Shown: in pieces, positions 25,388 to 35,967 of the stretch
Layout of the letters: every line of letters starts with the position of its first letter
Position numbering within the stretch: the first letter of the stretch is position 1
Source: Candidatus Aminicenantes bacterium
Lineage (GTDB): Bacteria; Acidobacteriota; Aminicenantia; UBA2199
Direction: 5' to 3'
Assembly: GCA_963764745.1 (NCBI GenBank)
Contig: CAVXTN010000005.1
Span: 422,207-486,206, forward strand
Length of the DNA stretch: 64,000 bases
Notes under the pieces: model-generated
Told to the model about the DNA's origin: nothing
Seen by the model: the letters and a program-made list of their open reading frames with translations, nothing else
Database searches by the model: none
Translations under genes and position numbers: made by a program

Positions 25388-26548
25388 ATGAAAATGGATT
25401 TTTCCTTAAACGAAGAACACCTGGCATTCAAGGAAGAGACCCATAAATTCGCCGAGAAGGAAATGCGGCCCAATTCCCACGAGTATGACGAAAAGAACGA
25501 ATTCCCCTTCGAGATCATGCAGAAGGCCTTCGCGGCCGGTTTTCTCACCTCGGGCATCCCGGCCGAATACAACGGCGCCGGCCTCTCGACCCTGGTCAAC
25601 ACCATCGTCTGCGAGGAACTCGCCTGGGGCTGCGCCGGCATGTACACGTCGATCATGGCCAACACCCTGGCCACCACGCCCATCGTCCTGTTCGGCAGCG
25701 AAGAGCAGAAGAAAAAATTCCTGACGCCGCTGACCGAGAAAATGTCATTCGCCTGTTTCGCCCTGACCGAGAAGGAAGCCGGCTCCGACAACTCGGCCAT
25801 CCAGACCACGGCCGTGAAGAAAGGCGACCATTACGTGATCAACGGCTCCAAGACCTTCATCACCAACGCCGGCGTCTCGCAGCTGGGCGTGGTATTCGCC
25901 TCCACCGACAAGGACCGCGGCGCCCGCGGCCTGACGGCCTTCATCGTGCCCATGGACACCCCGGGCGTCACCGTCGGCAAGCACGAGAACAAGATGGGTC
26001 ACCGGGCCTCCAACACGGCCGAGATCTTTTTCGACGAGGTCAAGGTCCCGGTTGCCAATGTCCTGAAAAGGGAAGGCATGGGATTCATCATCGCCATGAA
26101 GACCCTCGACTACGCCAGGCCCGCCGTGGGCGCGGGCGGAGTGGGAGTGGCCCGCGCCGCTTTCGAGGAAGCCCTCAAGTATTCCCAGACCAGAGTGCAG
26201 TTCGGGCGGCCCATCGCCACGTTCCAGCACAACGCCTTCAAACTGGCGGAAATGGCCACGGATATCGACGCGGCCAGGCTGATGGTCTACCGCTCGGCCT
26301 GGATGCTGGACAACGGCATGAAGGCTTCCAAGGAATCGGCCATGGCCAAGGTCATGGCCACCGACGTGGCCATGAGGGTCACGGTCGACGCCGTCCAGCT
26401 TTTCGGCGGCTACGGCTACATGAAGGAGTATCCGGTCGAAAAGATGATGCGCGATGCCAAGCTGCTGCAGATCTACGAAGGCACCAACGAGATCCAGAAG
26501 CACGTCATTTCGCTGGAACTGCTGGGATCGGTAAAAAACATCGGTTGA
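25388..26548 (+). CDS. Acyl-CoA dehydrogenase (short/branched-chain type)
   Basis: FALTEKEAGSD, NGSKTFITN, KMGHRASNTAE, RVQFGRPI, QLFGGYGY, IYEGTNEIQ. Confidence 0.95.
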   Translation: MKMDFSLNEEHLAFKEETHKFAEKEMRPNSHEYDEKNEFPFEIMQKAFAAGFLTSGIPAEYNGAGLSTLVNTIVCEELAWGCAGMYTSIMANTLATTPIVLFGSEEQKKKFLTPLTEKMSFACFALTEKEAGSDNSAIQTTAVKKGDHYVINGSKTFITNAGVSQLGVVFASTDKDRGARGLTAFIVPMDTPGVTVGKHENKMGHRASNTAEIFFDEVKVPVANVLKREGMGFIIAMKTLDYARPAVGAGGVGVARAAFEEALKYSQTRVQFGRPIATFQHNAFKLAEMATDIDAARLMVYRSAWMLDNGMKASKESAMAKVMATDVAMRVTVDAVQLFGGYGYMKEYPVEKMMRDAKLLQIYEGTNEIQKHVISLELLGSVKNIG

Positions 26549-26552
26549 AGCG

Positions 26553-27683
26553 ATGGATCGGCACTTCGACGTCATCGTCATCGGCGGCGGCATTATCGGT
26601 CTGGCCTCCGCTTACCACCTGAGCCGGCGCGGCCGCAGCGTGCTGGTGCTGGAAAAAAAGTATTCCGGCTCCGGCTCCACCGGCCGCTGTATCGGCGGCA
26701 TCCGCCAGCAATTTTCTACCCCGGGTGCGATCCGCCTGATGCAGGAGAGCGTTCGCCAGTTCCGCGCCATGCGGGAAGAATTCGGTTTTTCGGTGGAATA
26801 TTTCGAGGGCGGCTACCTGTTCCTGGCCCATGACCCGCAGCGCCTGGATACCTTCAAGGCCATCCTGCCCCTGCAGCTGCAATTGGGGCTCAAAGTCCAG
26901 ATCCTGAGCGCGGCCGAGTGCCTGAAGATCGCTCCACAGTTGAACCCGGAAGGGTTGCTGGGGGGAGTTTTTTCTCCCGAGGACGGCCAGGCCTACCCGT
27001 TCAAGGTCATGGAAGGCTATATCCAGGAGATCAAAAAGCGCGGGTCCGAAGTTCGTTTTTTCACGGAGGTGAATGAGATCGTGGTGGAACGGGGAACCGC
27101 CAAGGGCGTAAGGACCCTGACGGGAGAAACTTTCCCTGCCGACGTCATCCTGAACGCCACGGGACCCTGGGCCCAGGAAGTCGCCAGGCTCGCCGGCCTG
27201 GAGCTGCCCATCGAGCCCGAGGAACACGAGGCCTTCATCACCGACCGCGTGCCCGCCATCTTCCCCACCATGGTGGTCGACTACCGGCCGGACGGCTGCT
27301 ACTTCTACCAGCGCAGCAACGGCCAGGTGATCGGCTGCTACAGCCCGGTGCCCAACAAGCCGGGCATCCACACCGAATCTTCCCTGGAATTCCTGGTGGA
27401 AATGTCCAAGCGCACCGTGCGCCTGGTCCCCGAGCTGGCCACGGCCAGGGTCATCCGCCATTGGGGCGGCTGCTATTCCATGACCCCGGACGGCAGCCCC
27501 TTCATCGACAAAACCGAGATCAACGGCTTTTTCGTGGCCAACGGCATGTGCGGCCACGGCTTCATGTTCGCCCCGGCCATCGGCCGCTATATCAGCGAGA
27601 TCATCCTGGACGGCAGCTACCCGTTCGACTGGTCGGAATTCCGCATGGGGCGGGAGTTCTCGCGCCAGGAACTCCTGAAATAA
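26553..27683 (+). CDS. FAD-dependent oxidoreductase, DAO/sarcosine oxidase beta/dye-linked proline dehydrogenase family
   Basis: VIGGGIIG, GSTGRCIGGIRQQF, ATGPWA, YSMTPDGSPFI, GMCGHGFMFAPAIG. Confidence 0.9.
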   Translation: MDRHFDVIVIGGGIIGLASAYHLSRRGRSVLVLEKKYSGSGSTGRCIGGIRQQFSTPGAIRLMQESVRQFRAMREEFGFSVEYFEGGYLFLAHDPQRLDTFKAILPLQLQLGLKVQILSAAECLKIAPQLNPEGLLGGVFSPEDGQAYPFKVMEGYIQEIKKRGSEVRFFTEVNEIVVERGTAKGVRTLTGETFPADVILNATGPWAQEVARLAGLELPIEPEEHEAFITDRVPAIFPTMVVDYRPDGCYFYQRSNGQVIGCYSPVPNKPGIHTESSLEFLVEMSKRTVRLVPELATARVIRHWGGCYSMTPDGSPFIDKTEINGFFVANGMCGHGFMFAPAIGRYISEIILDGSYPFDWSEFRMGREFSRQELLK

Positions 27684-27687
27684 GAAC

Positions 27688-29213
27688 ATGGCGATCAAAA
27701 TCGACGGCGACAACCTGAGCCTGGAACAATTCGACCAGGTGGCCCGCGGGAAAAAGCGCGTGGAGCTGTCGCCCGCCGCCGTGGCCAAGATCAGGAACTG
27801 CCGGTCGGTCCTGGAAGGCTTCCTGCATTCCGACAAGCCCTATTACGGCATCAACACCGGTTTCGGCGCCCTGGCCCAGCGCCGCATCGAGAAAAAGGAC
27901 CTGAAGAAACTGCAGAAGAACCTGATCAAGAGCCACACCGCCGGCGTCGGCCCGAACCTGCCGGCCGATATCGTGCGCGGCATCATCCTGCTGCGGGCCA
28001 ACGTCCTGGCCAAGGGCTACAGCGGCGTGCGCCTGGAAGTGGTGCGGCTGCTGCTGGACCTGCTGAACAAGGATATCAGGCCCCTGATCCCTTCCAAGGG
28101 ATCGGTGGGCGCTTCCGGCGACCTGGCGCCGCTTTCCCACCTGGCCATGGTCCTGATCGGCGAAGGCGACGTCGTGTACCGCGACCGCGAACAGAACTCG
28201 GCCGCGGCTTTCAAGCAAGCCGGCCTGCAGCCGCTGGTGCTCCTGGAAAAGGAAGGCCTGGCCCTGATCAACGGCACGCAGGTGATGACCGCCATCGGGA
28301 TTTTCAACCTGCGCGAGGCCGAAAACCTGGCCAAAGTGGCCGATATCGCCGGCGCCATGACCTTCGAGGCCCAGCTGGGCAATCCCTCGCCTTTTTGCGA
28401 GGAGATCCAGAATGTCCGCCGCCATCCCGGCCAGATGGAGAGCGCCGGCAACATCCGGCGCTGACCAAGGACTCGCCCCTGTGGAACTCCCACCAGGGCC
28501 GGAAAAAAGTGCAGGATGCCTATTCCGTGCGCTGCATTCCCCAGGTGCACGGGGCGGCGCGCGACACCCTGAAGTACGTGCGCCGCGTCCTGGAGATCGA
28601 GACCAACTCCGCCACCGAGAATCCCCTGATCTTCCCTGACCAGAAGATCATCCTCTCCGGCGGCAATTTCCACGGCGAGCCGGTGGCTTTCGCCATGGAT
28701 TTCCTGGGCATCGCCATGACCGAACTGGGCAACATCTCCGAGCGGCGCATCGACCGCCTGATCAACCCCGCCTCCAACATGGGGCTGCCCAATTTCCTCG
28801 TGGCCGACAACGGCCTGAATTCAGGCTTCATGATCGTTCACGTCACGGCCACGGCCCTGGCTTCGGAAAACAAATCCCTGGCCCATCCGGCTTCGGTGGA
28901 CAACATCCCCACGTCGGCCAACCAGGAAGACCACGTCAGCATGGGCACCATCGGCGCCCGCCAGGCGCGCGAGATCATCGGCAACCTGACCCACATCCTG
29001 GCCATTGAATTGATGGCCGCGGCCCAGGCCCTGGATTTTTACGAACATAAAAGCTCGCCGCCGCTGGAAAACGTGAAAGCGCTGATCCGCAAGCAGGTGC
29101 CCTTTTTGCATGAAGACACGCGCATGGACGTCCATATCCGCCAGATCGTCGACCTGATCGAAAGCGGCAAGCTGATCGCCGCCGCCGAAGCAACGGGCTT
29201 GCGGCTCTCGTGA
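27688..29213 (+). CDS. hutH: Histidine ammonia-lyase (frameshift near 28455)
   Basis: YGINTGFG, LIKSH (SH specificity pair), GSVGASGDLAPL (ASG for MIO), QDAYSVRCIPQVHG, GGNFHGEP, SANQEDHVSM. Confidence 0.93.
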
Positions 29214-29467
29214 TGTTCCGCCTCCTGCTTCTGGCCGGAATTGTTTACCTGCTTTTAAAATGGCTGCGGCGGAGCGCCCAGCCGCGGGAAAAGGGGCAAA
29301 CATTCCGGCGCCGGGACACGGCCGTCGAAGAGATGATGCGGGACCCGGTTTGCGGCACCTATGTCCCGGCCAGCCAGGCCGTCACCCTGCAACGGGAAAA
29401 AGAGATCCTTTATTTCTGCAGTTCCGGCTGCCGCGACAAGTTCAAGGAAATTCCAAAAGCCAATTGA
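29210..29467 (+). CDS. YHS-domain protein with N-terminal membrane anchor
   Basis: DPVCGTYV...YFCSSGCRDKF; start overlaps the hutH stop. Confidence 0.85.
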   Translation: MMFRLLLLAGIVYLLLKWLRRSAQPREKGQTFRRRDTAVEEMMRDPVCGTYVPASQAVTLQREKEILYFCSSGCRDKFKEIPKAN

Positions 29468-30163
29468 ACCCACCAAAAACGGCAAGTTACCGCCTGCCCT
29501 TTCAATCGTTGCGTTCAGCCCGCCGGCTGCGCCCCGCCGGCCGCGGAATAAAAAGGTCAGCACGAACCCGACGACGAATCCGCCGATGTGCGCCATGTAC
29601 GCCACCCCGCCCGTGTCCGCCGTGTTGGCGATCGAACCGATGCCGCTGAAAAACTGCAGCACGATCCAGAACCCGATGGCGAGCAGCGCCGGCACCTGGA
29701 CCACTCCCTGGCCCTGCAATACCCTGACCTTTCCCTTGGGGAACAGCAAAATGTAGGCGCCGAGCACCCCGGCGATGGCCCCCGACGCGCCCAGGTTGGG
29801 CACGTTCGACTTGAGGTTGAACGCCAGCTGGGCGAACGTGGCCGCCAGACCGCAAAGCAAATAGAAGACCGCGAACTTGCCGTGCCCGAAACGGTCCTCC
29901 ACGTTGTCGCCGAAGATCCACAGGTAAAGCATGTTGCCGCCCAGGTGCACCCAGCCGGCATGCATGAACATGGCGGTGAAAAGCGTCAGGAAATCCGCGG
30001 CCGGATCGGCCAGAAAGCGCCTGGGGACGAAAGCCCATTTCCCGATGAACGCATCGCCGCCGCTCATCTCCACGAAGAAGAACAGGACGTTCAGGGCGAC
30101 CAGGGCATACGTGACCAGCGGAACGGTCCTGCGCGAGGTATCGTCATCGCCTATTGGCAGCAT
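29255..30163 (-). CDS. Rhomboid-family intramembrane serine protease (true 3' end probably near 29515)
   Basis: MLPIGDD, MFMHAGWVHLGGNMLYLWIFGDNVEDRFG, GASGAIAG (catalytic Ser), AYMAHIGGF (catalytic His). Confidence 0.92.
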   Translation of the reverse strand: MLPIGDDDTSRRTVPLVTYALVALNVLFFFVEMSGGDAFIGKWAFVPRRFLADPAADFLTLFTAMFMHAGWVHLGGNMLYLWIFGDNVEDRFGHGKFAVFYLLCGLAATFAQLAFNLKSNVPNLGASGAIAGVLGAYILLFPKGKVRVLQGQGVVQVPALLAIGFWIVLQFFSGIGSIANTADTGGVAYMAHIGGFVVGFVLTFLFRGRRGAAGGLNATIERAGGNLPFLVGSIGFWNFLELVAAAGTAEIKDLFFPLQGDGLAGRDIGAANRVPHHLFDGRVPAPECLPLFPRLGAPPQPF

Positions 30164-30179
30164 AAGATTTCCCTCCTTG

Positions 30180-31370
30180 TCAATTTTTATTATTGACTTC
30201 CGAAAAAATCGATTCCCCCCAGTTGACGCCGATGGCATATTCCATGCATTTTCTGAACATTTCATTGGAAAATTCGGGCGGCTGCAGATGATCGGTTGCC
30301 GAGTCGGTATTGGTCCTGTCGAAAATCCTGTCGTCGGACAAATAAGGGCGATAAGGCTCTATGAAACGGTCGAACAGTTCCTCGACGGGATTGCGCATGA
30401 CCTTATTTTCCGCCTGGCCGCAAATGATCTCCACGCCGCGTATTTTCATGAATTCTTTGTTGTAAGCGGCCAGCGTTTCCAGCGTCGGTGCGGAGTTGTT
30501 GGTCAAATGAAAAATACCGCCGGGCGAATGGCTCGCGATTATCTTGCGGGTCGCCTGCACGAAGTAATCCACGGGAATGAGATTGATAGACCCCCTCTGC
30601 GGCAGATAGACCCGCAGCGGCAGATGCAAATATCCTTCGCCATCGAGAAATATTCCGCTTCTTTGCGCTTTTTCCCCGCCATGATTCTTGATGTCATTCA
30701 GATAAATATCCCTGATATACTGGACCGATTTAATGGGAAAATACAAGGCATTGAATTTGAGCGCGCGCCCTGTTTGCGAATCCCCGAACACGATGGACGG
30801 GCGGATGATCGTCAACGGTATTGAATTCTCCTCGCAAAATGTGGCGATGACTTTTTCGGCCCGGGCCTTGCTTTCTTCATATACATTCACAAAAGCCGAT
30901 GCCTGGGGAAGTGTTTCCCTGCAGACGGCATGGTTGATCCCGGCCACATAGGCGGTGCTGATGTAATGGAACGCCCGCACATGGCTATGGGCCGCAAAAT
31001 CGAGGATGCCGTTCAACGAATGAACATTGGCCGCCCAAACCAGGTCCCGCTTGCGTTCCGAAAAATTCGTATCCGACGCGCAATGAATGACCTGGTCGGT
31101 CATGGCGCAGAGTTTGTTATACTTTGCTTGCGGAATTCCGATCCTGGGCTTTGAGAAATCAATTTCCATCATCTCCAGCTGGCCCATGCACCCCTCTATC
31201 CCGAACCAGCGCAAAAGCTTGGCGATCCTTTCCTCCAGAGTTTCCCCCTTTGTCGAGCGGCCGAGAATCAGCAACCGGTACCCGCTCTGGAGCAATTGCG
31301 CCATGAGGTGGCTTCCCAAAAAGCCCGTCGCTCCGGTCAGGGCAATGACGGGGTTTGCTTTATGCGACAT
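30180..31370 (-). CDS. Extended SDR of the male-sterility/thioester-reductase (fatty acyl-CoA reductase-like) family
   Basis: TGATGFLG, HCAS, YISTAYVAG, YEESK (YxxxK), IIRPSIVFG. Confidence 0.85.
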   Translation of the reverse strand: MSHKANPVIALTGATGFLGSHLMAQLLQSGYRLLILGRSTKGETLEERIAKLLRWFGIEGCMGQLEMMEIDFSKPRIGIPQAKYNKLCAMTDQVIHCASDTNFSERKRDLVWAANVHSLNGILDFAAHSHVRAFHYISTAYVAGINHAVCRETLPQASAFVNVYEESKARAEKVIATFCEENSIPLTIIRPSIVFGDSQTGRALKFNALYFPIKSVQYIRDIYLNDIKNHGGEKAQRSGIFLDGEGYLHLPLRVYLPQRGSINLIPVDYFVQATRKIIASHSPGGIFHLTNNSAPTLETLAAYNKEFMKIRGVEIICGQAENKVMRNPVEELFDRFIEPYRPYLSDDRIFDRTNTDSATDHLQPPEFSNEMFRKCMEYAIGVNWGESIFSEVNNKN

Positions 31371-31390
31371 CTTTCACTCTCTTTGCATGT

Positions 31391-33270
31391 CTATAAGTAC
31401 AGAAGGTTCTCTTTCCGGCAGCAGCCCCGGTTGACGACATAGCGGACCTGCCTGATCGTGCCGGTTTTTTTGGCATAGTCGTCCAACAGGGCGCCGGCCT
31501 CGCCGGTCGCCTGCTGGACCCTGGCGATCTCGGCCGGGTCATTGTGGTCGAAATAGTAATCGTATTCCCAGACGCATCTTTTCCCGTTGTCAAAGGGCGT
31601 AATAAAGCCCAATCCGTTCTTCAGGCGATGCTTTTCGGCAATGCCCCGTAACCCGTCCTGGATTTCGCCGATCAACGCATTGTCGATGGGGAGATAAGAA
31701 ACGAACGCGACGCAGGGTTTTTCCCGGCAATAACGCGAGCTCTGTATCCTGAACGTGTTCAGCCAGACCAGATCGCTCATCTCCGGCCGGGAGTAAAGCT
31801 TCCTCAAAAAAAGGACGCAGGTCCGGGTCGATATCCCGGGCCTGCAGGGCGGGAGAAGGAGCGATCGCCGTCTCGGCGAGTTCGGCGAACTGGCTCAGCC
31901 GCAGGTAGGAGAAAGGCTCGTTATCGGCGAGTTCCTCCAGCAGGTCCAGCCATTTTGCGGATGTGAGCGCCGGCAATCCCTGGAAAAGGGCTTTAAAAAG
32001 CCGCTGGTCAATGAGCGGATGCCCCATCTCGCGGACGGAGCGCAAGGCATAGGCGTCGCCGATGAGAAGCACAAGATAGGGCATGCCCAGTTTTTCGCTG
32101 AAGATGCTTCTTGCTTCGGCGGCGAGTTTTTTGGTCGGGGCAATGAAAGTTGACACGAAATCTTCGCCGAGAATACCGATCGCCAGGCCGATATGCCGGG
32201 TCGCGCATTCCCTGGCGAAATCGAGAGCGGCGGCGAGCGACGCAAAGGGAACAAGGACACCCTCTTCGTCAGCGGTGACGCGGATGAAGTTTCATGCTCA
32301 CCGATACGCATATGGCAATCGCTTCCTGCTCGGCAAGCGAATTGGGGAACGAAAAGAGATTGGGCGCGGCCATGTCGTTCAGCCTGAAGAACGAACCGTC
32401 CCGGGCAACGAACTCGGCGTCGGTAAAGTTGTCGGCGGAGATCCCGTAGGTCGTGGAAAAAGTGGAAAGCAGGCCGGAGGTCATCATGTTGGCGCAGACC
32501 AGGGCCGCCGGCTCGGCGGTATGCACCCTGTAGCCGCGCTTTGCGCGCTTCCCGCTGCAGGTCGAATGCCGCCACTGCCCGGTCCCACTTTCACCGACCA
32601 GTTCTTTTCGTCGAAATCCATGGCTCTTCATGCGGTTGAGGTCCAGGACCGCCCCTTCGCTGAACACCAGGCCGTGGCTGGACGCGCCGTTGCCGCGCAC
32701 GCAATAGGGGATCTTGTTCTTGTTCAACAGCTTGATGATGGCGGATATCTCTTCCTTGGAAGCGGGCATGACGACGTACTCCGGCATTTTGAACGTCACA
32801 TGGGGGCAGAGGTCGTGATGATAGGTGATCCTGATCGCGGCATCGTTGCTGGCCCAGCAATCGCCGACGATTTTTTTCATTTCGGCAAGGACCGCGTCAT
32901 CTTTTGCCCGGGCCACTTTTCCGCCGTTTTTCACATAGGCTCCAACATGGTCTTTCAATGCCTTCATGACCTTCGAGGGGCGCAGCTCATTGACAAAGTA
33001 GCATTGGTAATCGCACTTGCCGCACAGGTTGCAGCTCTCCGCGATTTCAACGCATTTTTCAGTGACCGGGATCGCGTTCTCGGCGAGCGCGGCGTACAGG
33101 TCCATCCGCCCCACGGGATAAAAACTCGCATAGTGTTTTTCCAGTCCCGACGCGCATACGCCGCTGCCGAGAAAATCGATCTTGCACATGGCGTAATGCC
33201 GGCAATTTTTGGCGGTGGCCAGCGCTTCTTTTGCCGCGTTCGCCGTTTCAGTCTGGACGGATTTTTTCAT
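31391..33270 (-). CDS. FAD-binding (PCMH/VAO-type) oxidoreductase with N-terminal Cys-rich Fe-S module; several frameshifts
   Basis: N-terminal CRHYAMC...C and CNLCGKCDYQC; FAD-binding VVMPASKEEIS...VRGNG...LDLNRM, VHTAEP, YGISADNF. Confidence 0.8.
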
Positions 33271-34091
33271 TTGCCAACCCCTTTTTTGACGGCATAACCG
33301 ATATACATGATGCCCAGATTCCCGCTTTCAACGGCGAATAACTGTTCGCCGAGTTCCCTGTACGTCAGCGCTCCCCTGGCCCTTTGGCGGAGGGTGCCGA
33401 GAAATTTCCGCAGGGAGACATTGGGCCCCATGCCCCTGTGTTCTTTCCACTCCAGATCGTTTTGCCGCAGGAGCGATTTCAATTCGTTCGGCCTGATGAA
33501 CATCTCCCAGACATGGAGGTTGGGCGGCGCGAAAGCCCAGCGCTTCCAGACCTGTGCGATTTTGATCGCCACCAGATTGCTCAGGAAGGTGCGGTTGAGC
33601 GTGTCATAGCAAAAAACGCCTCCCGGTCTAAGGACGCGGGATATCTCGGCGATGACCTGGGCCACGTCGCGAACATGCTCCAGAACATCGCAGCAAAAAA
33701 CAATGTCGAAGGAACGGTCCCGATACGGAATAGCCTCCCCCGATCCTTGCTCATAGGTGATGCGCAGCCCGACGGCCCGCGCATGATCGGCGGCTACGCG
33801 CAGCGAAGGCGCGGAAGGGTCGATCCCGGTGACGGCAAAGCCCAGGCGCGCGATCTCCTCGCACAGGATGCCGCCGCCGCAGCCGACCTCCAAGACCGCT
33901 TGACTTTGAGGGTCGACTTGCAATTCTTTGAACAATATCTTTTTAAAATACCCCACCCGGGCGGGATTGAACGAGGACTGCATCAGGGAAAAAGGGGAGT
34001 CCGCCTGCCGCCACCTGTCGCCGGCGGATTGATAGAGATCGTTGTCGATGCGATCGTAGGTTGCCTGCGCGACTTCCTTCACAAAATCCAT
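33267..34091 (-). CDS. UbiG-like class I SAM-dependent O-methyltransferase
   Basis: NPARVGYF, VLEVGCGGGILCEEIARLG..VTGID, CCDVLEHV, LRPGG..CYDTLNRT. Confidence 0.85.
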   Translation of the reverse strand: MDFVKEVAQATYDRIDNDLYQSAGDRWRQADSPFSLMQSSFNPARVGYFKKILFKELQVDPQSQAVLEVGCGGGILCEEIARLGFAVTGIDPSAPSLRVAADHARAVGLRITYEQGSGEAIPYRDRSFDIVFCCDVLEHVRDVAQVIAEISRVLRPGGVFCYDTLNRTFLSNLVAIKIAQVWKRWAFAPPNLHVWEMFIRPNELKSLLRQNDLEWKEHRGMGPNVSLRKFLGTLRQRARGALTYRELGEQLFAVESGNLGIMYIGYAVKKGVGK

Positions 34092-34215
34092 CCTCCTCTC
34101 TTTGTTGCCCCATCCGGATCCTCCCAGGCCTGGCCGCTTCTCTTGTTATTGTACCTGAAAATGTGCGAAGTAGGAATGGCGCCGCTTCGCCTTTCTTCCG
34201 GGGTCGCCGGCCGGT

Positions 34216-34635
34216 CTATCTGATCAGTTGCACCTGCAGCTTGACCTCGGGCCCGGCCAGCGCTTTTGATACCGGACAATTTTTTTTCGCTTCGTCCGCG
34301 TACTTTTGCAGATCCGTTTCGGTCAGGTTCGGCACCTGCGCCTGCGTGTTCAATTCGACCATCGTGATCGTCGGGCCTGCGCCCAGGTGCACCTTGGCGG
34401 TAGTGGCGATCCGCTCGGGGACAAAGCCGGCCCCGGTCAGAACCGCGGCCAGGAACATGGAAAAACAGCCGGCATGCGCCGCGCCGATCAATTCCTCGGG
34501 ATTCGTGCCGCGACCGTTTTCGAAGCGCGAGGCATAGGTGAACGGCCCCTCGTAAGCTCCGCTGCCCAGCCTCATGGTGCCGGCCCCTTCCTTCAACGTG
34601 CCTTTCCATTCCGCCGATGAAGTTCTAATGGCCAT
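34216..34635 (-). CDS. osmC: OsmC-family peroxiredoxin
   Basis: SRFENGRGTNPEELIGAAHAGCFSM and AKKNCPVSKAL. Confidence 0.93.
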   Translation of the reverse strand: MAIRTSSAEWKGTLKEGAGTMRLGSGAYEGPFTYASRFENGRGTNPEELIGAAHAGCFSMFLAAVLTGAGFVPERIATTAKVHLGAGPTITMVELNTQAQVPNLTETDLQKYADEAKKNCPVSKALAGPEVKLQVQLIR

Positions 34636-34691
34636 GTTCTCTCTCCTCGCTTAAAAATTTAAATGGATTGTGGCAAAAGGGAGGGAAATTG

Positions 34692-35807
34692 TCAATATCG
34701 ATCGCTTTTGAGGGCCGTGCCCGCCTCGAGGTCCAGCAGGAAGCGCTTGCGCCACAAGCCGCCGCCGTAGCCGACGAGTTCGCCAGCGGCCCCGATGACC
34801 CGGTGGCAGGGGACAATGATGGCAATGCGGTTGTCCCCGTTGGCCTTGGCCACCGCCCGCACCGCATTGGCCAACCCGATGGCTTGGGCCTGCTCCTTGT
34901 AGGAACGGGTGCGGCCATAAGGGATCGCCTGCAATCCGGCCCAGACTTTTCGCTGGAACGGAGTGCCGGGCAGCACCAGGGGCAGGTCGAATTTCTTTCT
35001 TTTGCCGGAAAAATATTCCTGCAGCTGCGCGTTCAGCCGGTCGAAGTGCTTGCTGAAACCGGGGACGCATTCAGCCCCAAGCAGCTTGCCCAATCTTCGC
35101 AATTGGGTCTCCAGCATCCTCCTGTCGACAAACTCCAGCAGGCAGATCCCTTCCTCGCTCGCCGCCGCCAATAGCGGTCCCAGGGGGGTGAGGATTCTCG
35201 TGGTCGCGATCAGCAGCCGCTCCGGGCTCTGGCGCGGTGCAAAGCCGGCCGTTTTCTTGAACTGGCCGCCGAAGCCGCTCAACGATTCATAGCCCGATGC
35301 GAAGGCCGTTCCCGTGACCTTCTCGCCATGCCTGATCCTGCCGAAGGCCTGGCCGACCCGCAAGGCGCGCAAATAGGCCTGGAAGGTCATGCCGTGGTGT
35401 TTCTTGAACCAGTTGCGCGCGCGGCTGGGCTCCACCCCCCTGTCCCGCAGGTCGCGATCCTTCAGCCGGACCAGCGGGTCGCCGTCGATCTCGGCCAGCA
35501 GCGGTTTCAGCCAGTCGGGGGCTGCCCCTTTCAACTCCAGGGGCAGGCAAACCTTGCAGGGCCGGTAGCCGCGCAACAGGGCGTCGCGGGCCGAGCCGAA
35601 AAATTCGACGTTCTCCATCTTCGGTTTTCGCGCCGTGCAGGTGGGGCGGCAGAATATGCCCGTGCTCTTGACCGCGGCCACGAATATCCCCTCGAAATTT
35701 TCATCTTTGTTAACCAGCGCCGCGTACAATGTTTCGCGGTCGGGCAATGATCGCTCCATGGCTTCACCTCGCTTTTCCTTATTTCGCATGCCTGCTTCCA
35801 TTTTCAA
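34692..35807 (-). CDS. ada: Bifunctional Ada-type regulator / methylated-DNA--protein-cysteine methyltransferase
   Basis: Ada zinc domain GIFCRPTC...YRPCKVC, AraC-type HTH, C-terminal PCHRV active site. Confidence 0.92.
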   Translation of the reverse strand: MKMEAGMRNKEKRGEAMERSLPDRETLYAALVNKDENFEGIFVAAVKSTGIFCRPTCTARKPKMENVEFFGSARDALLRGYRPCKVCLPLELKGAAPDWLKPLLAEIDGDPLVRLKDRDLRDRGVEPSRARNWFKKHHGMTFQAYLRALRVGQAFGRIRHGEKVTGTAFASGYESLSGFGGQFKKTAGFAPRQSPERLLIATTRILTPLGPLLAAASEEGICLLEFVDRRMLETQLRRLGKLLGAECVPGFSKHFDRLNAQLQEYFSGKRKKFDLPLVLPGTPFQRKVWAGLQAIPYGRTRSYKEQAQAIGLANAVRAVAKANGDNRIAIIVPCHRVIGAAGELVGYGGGLWRKRFLLDLEAGTALKSDRY

Positions 35808-35848
35808 CCTTGGCCATTATGCGATCATTTCAAACCGGCGACAACCGA

Positions 35849-35856
35849 AAAGCGCA
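35849..35856. promoter_or_regulatory. Candidate Ada box AAAGCGCA upstream of ada
   Basis: Exact match to the E. coli Ada-box octamer about 40 bp upstream of ada, but on the strand opposite the gene. Confidence 0.35.
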
Positions 35857-35967
35857 CGACCATTTTTTTTTGAAACCGCGACTCACCGCAAAATTTTAAG
35901 GATAGTAAGCAACGTAGCGATGGTCGCAATTTTTCTTGATGTTTCCCATGCGGCTCGTTTTGAAAAT

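Noticed and set aside
31391-33270. Flavoprotein as alkyl-DHAP synthase (ether lipid) or D-lactate dehydrogenase
   Set aside because: The conserved C-terminal His motif was not seen and an Fe-S module is fused, so I made no specific assignment; it is kept only as a hypothesis in the findings.
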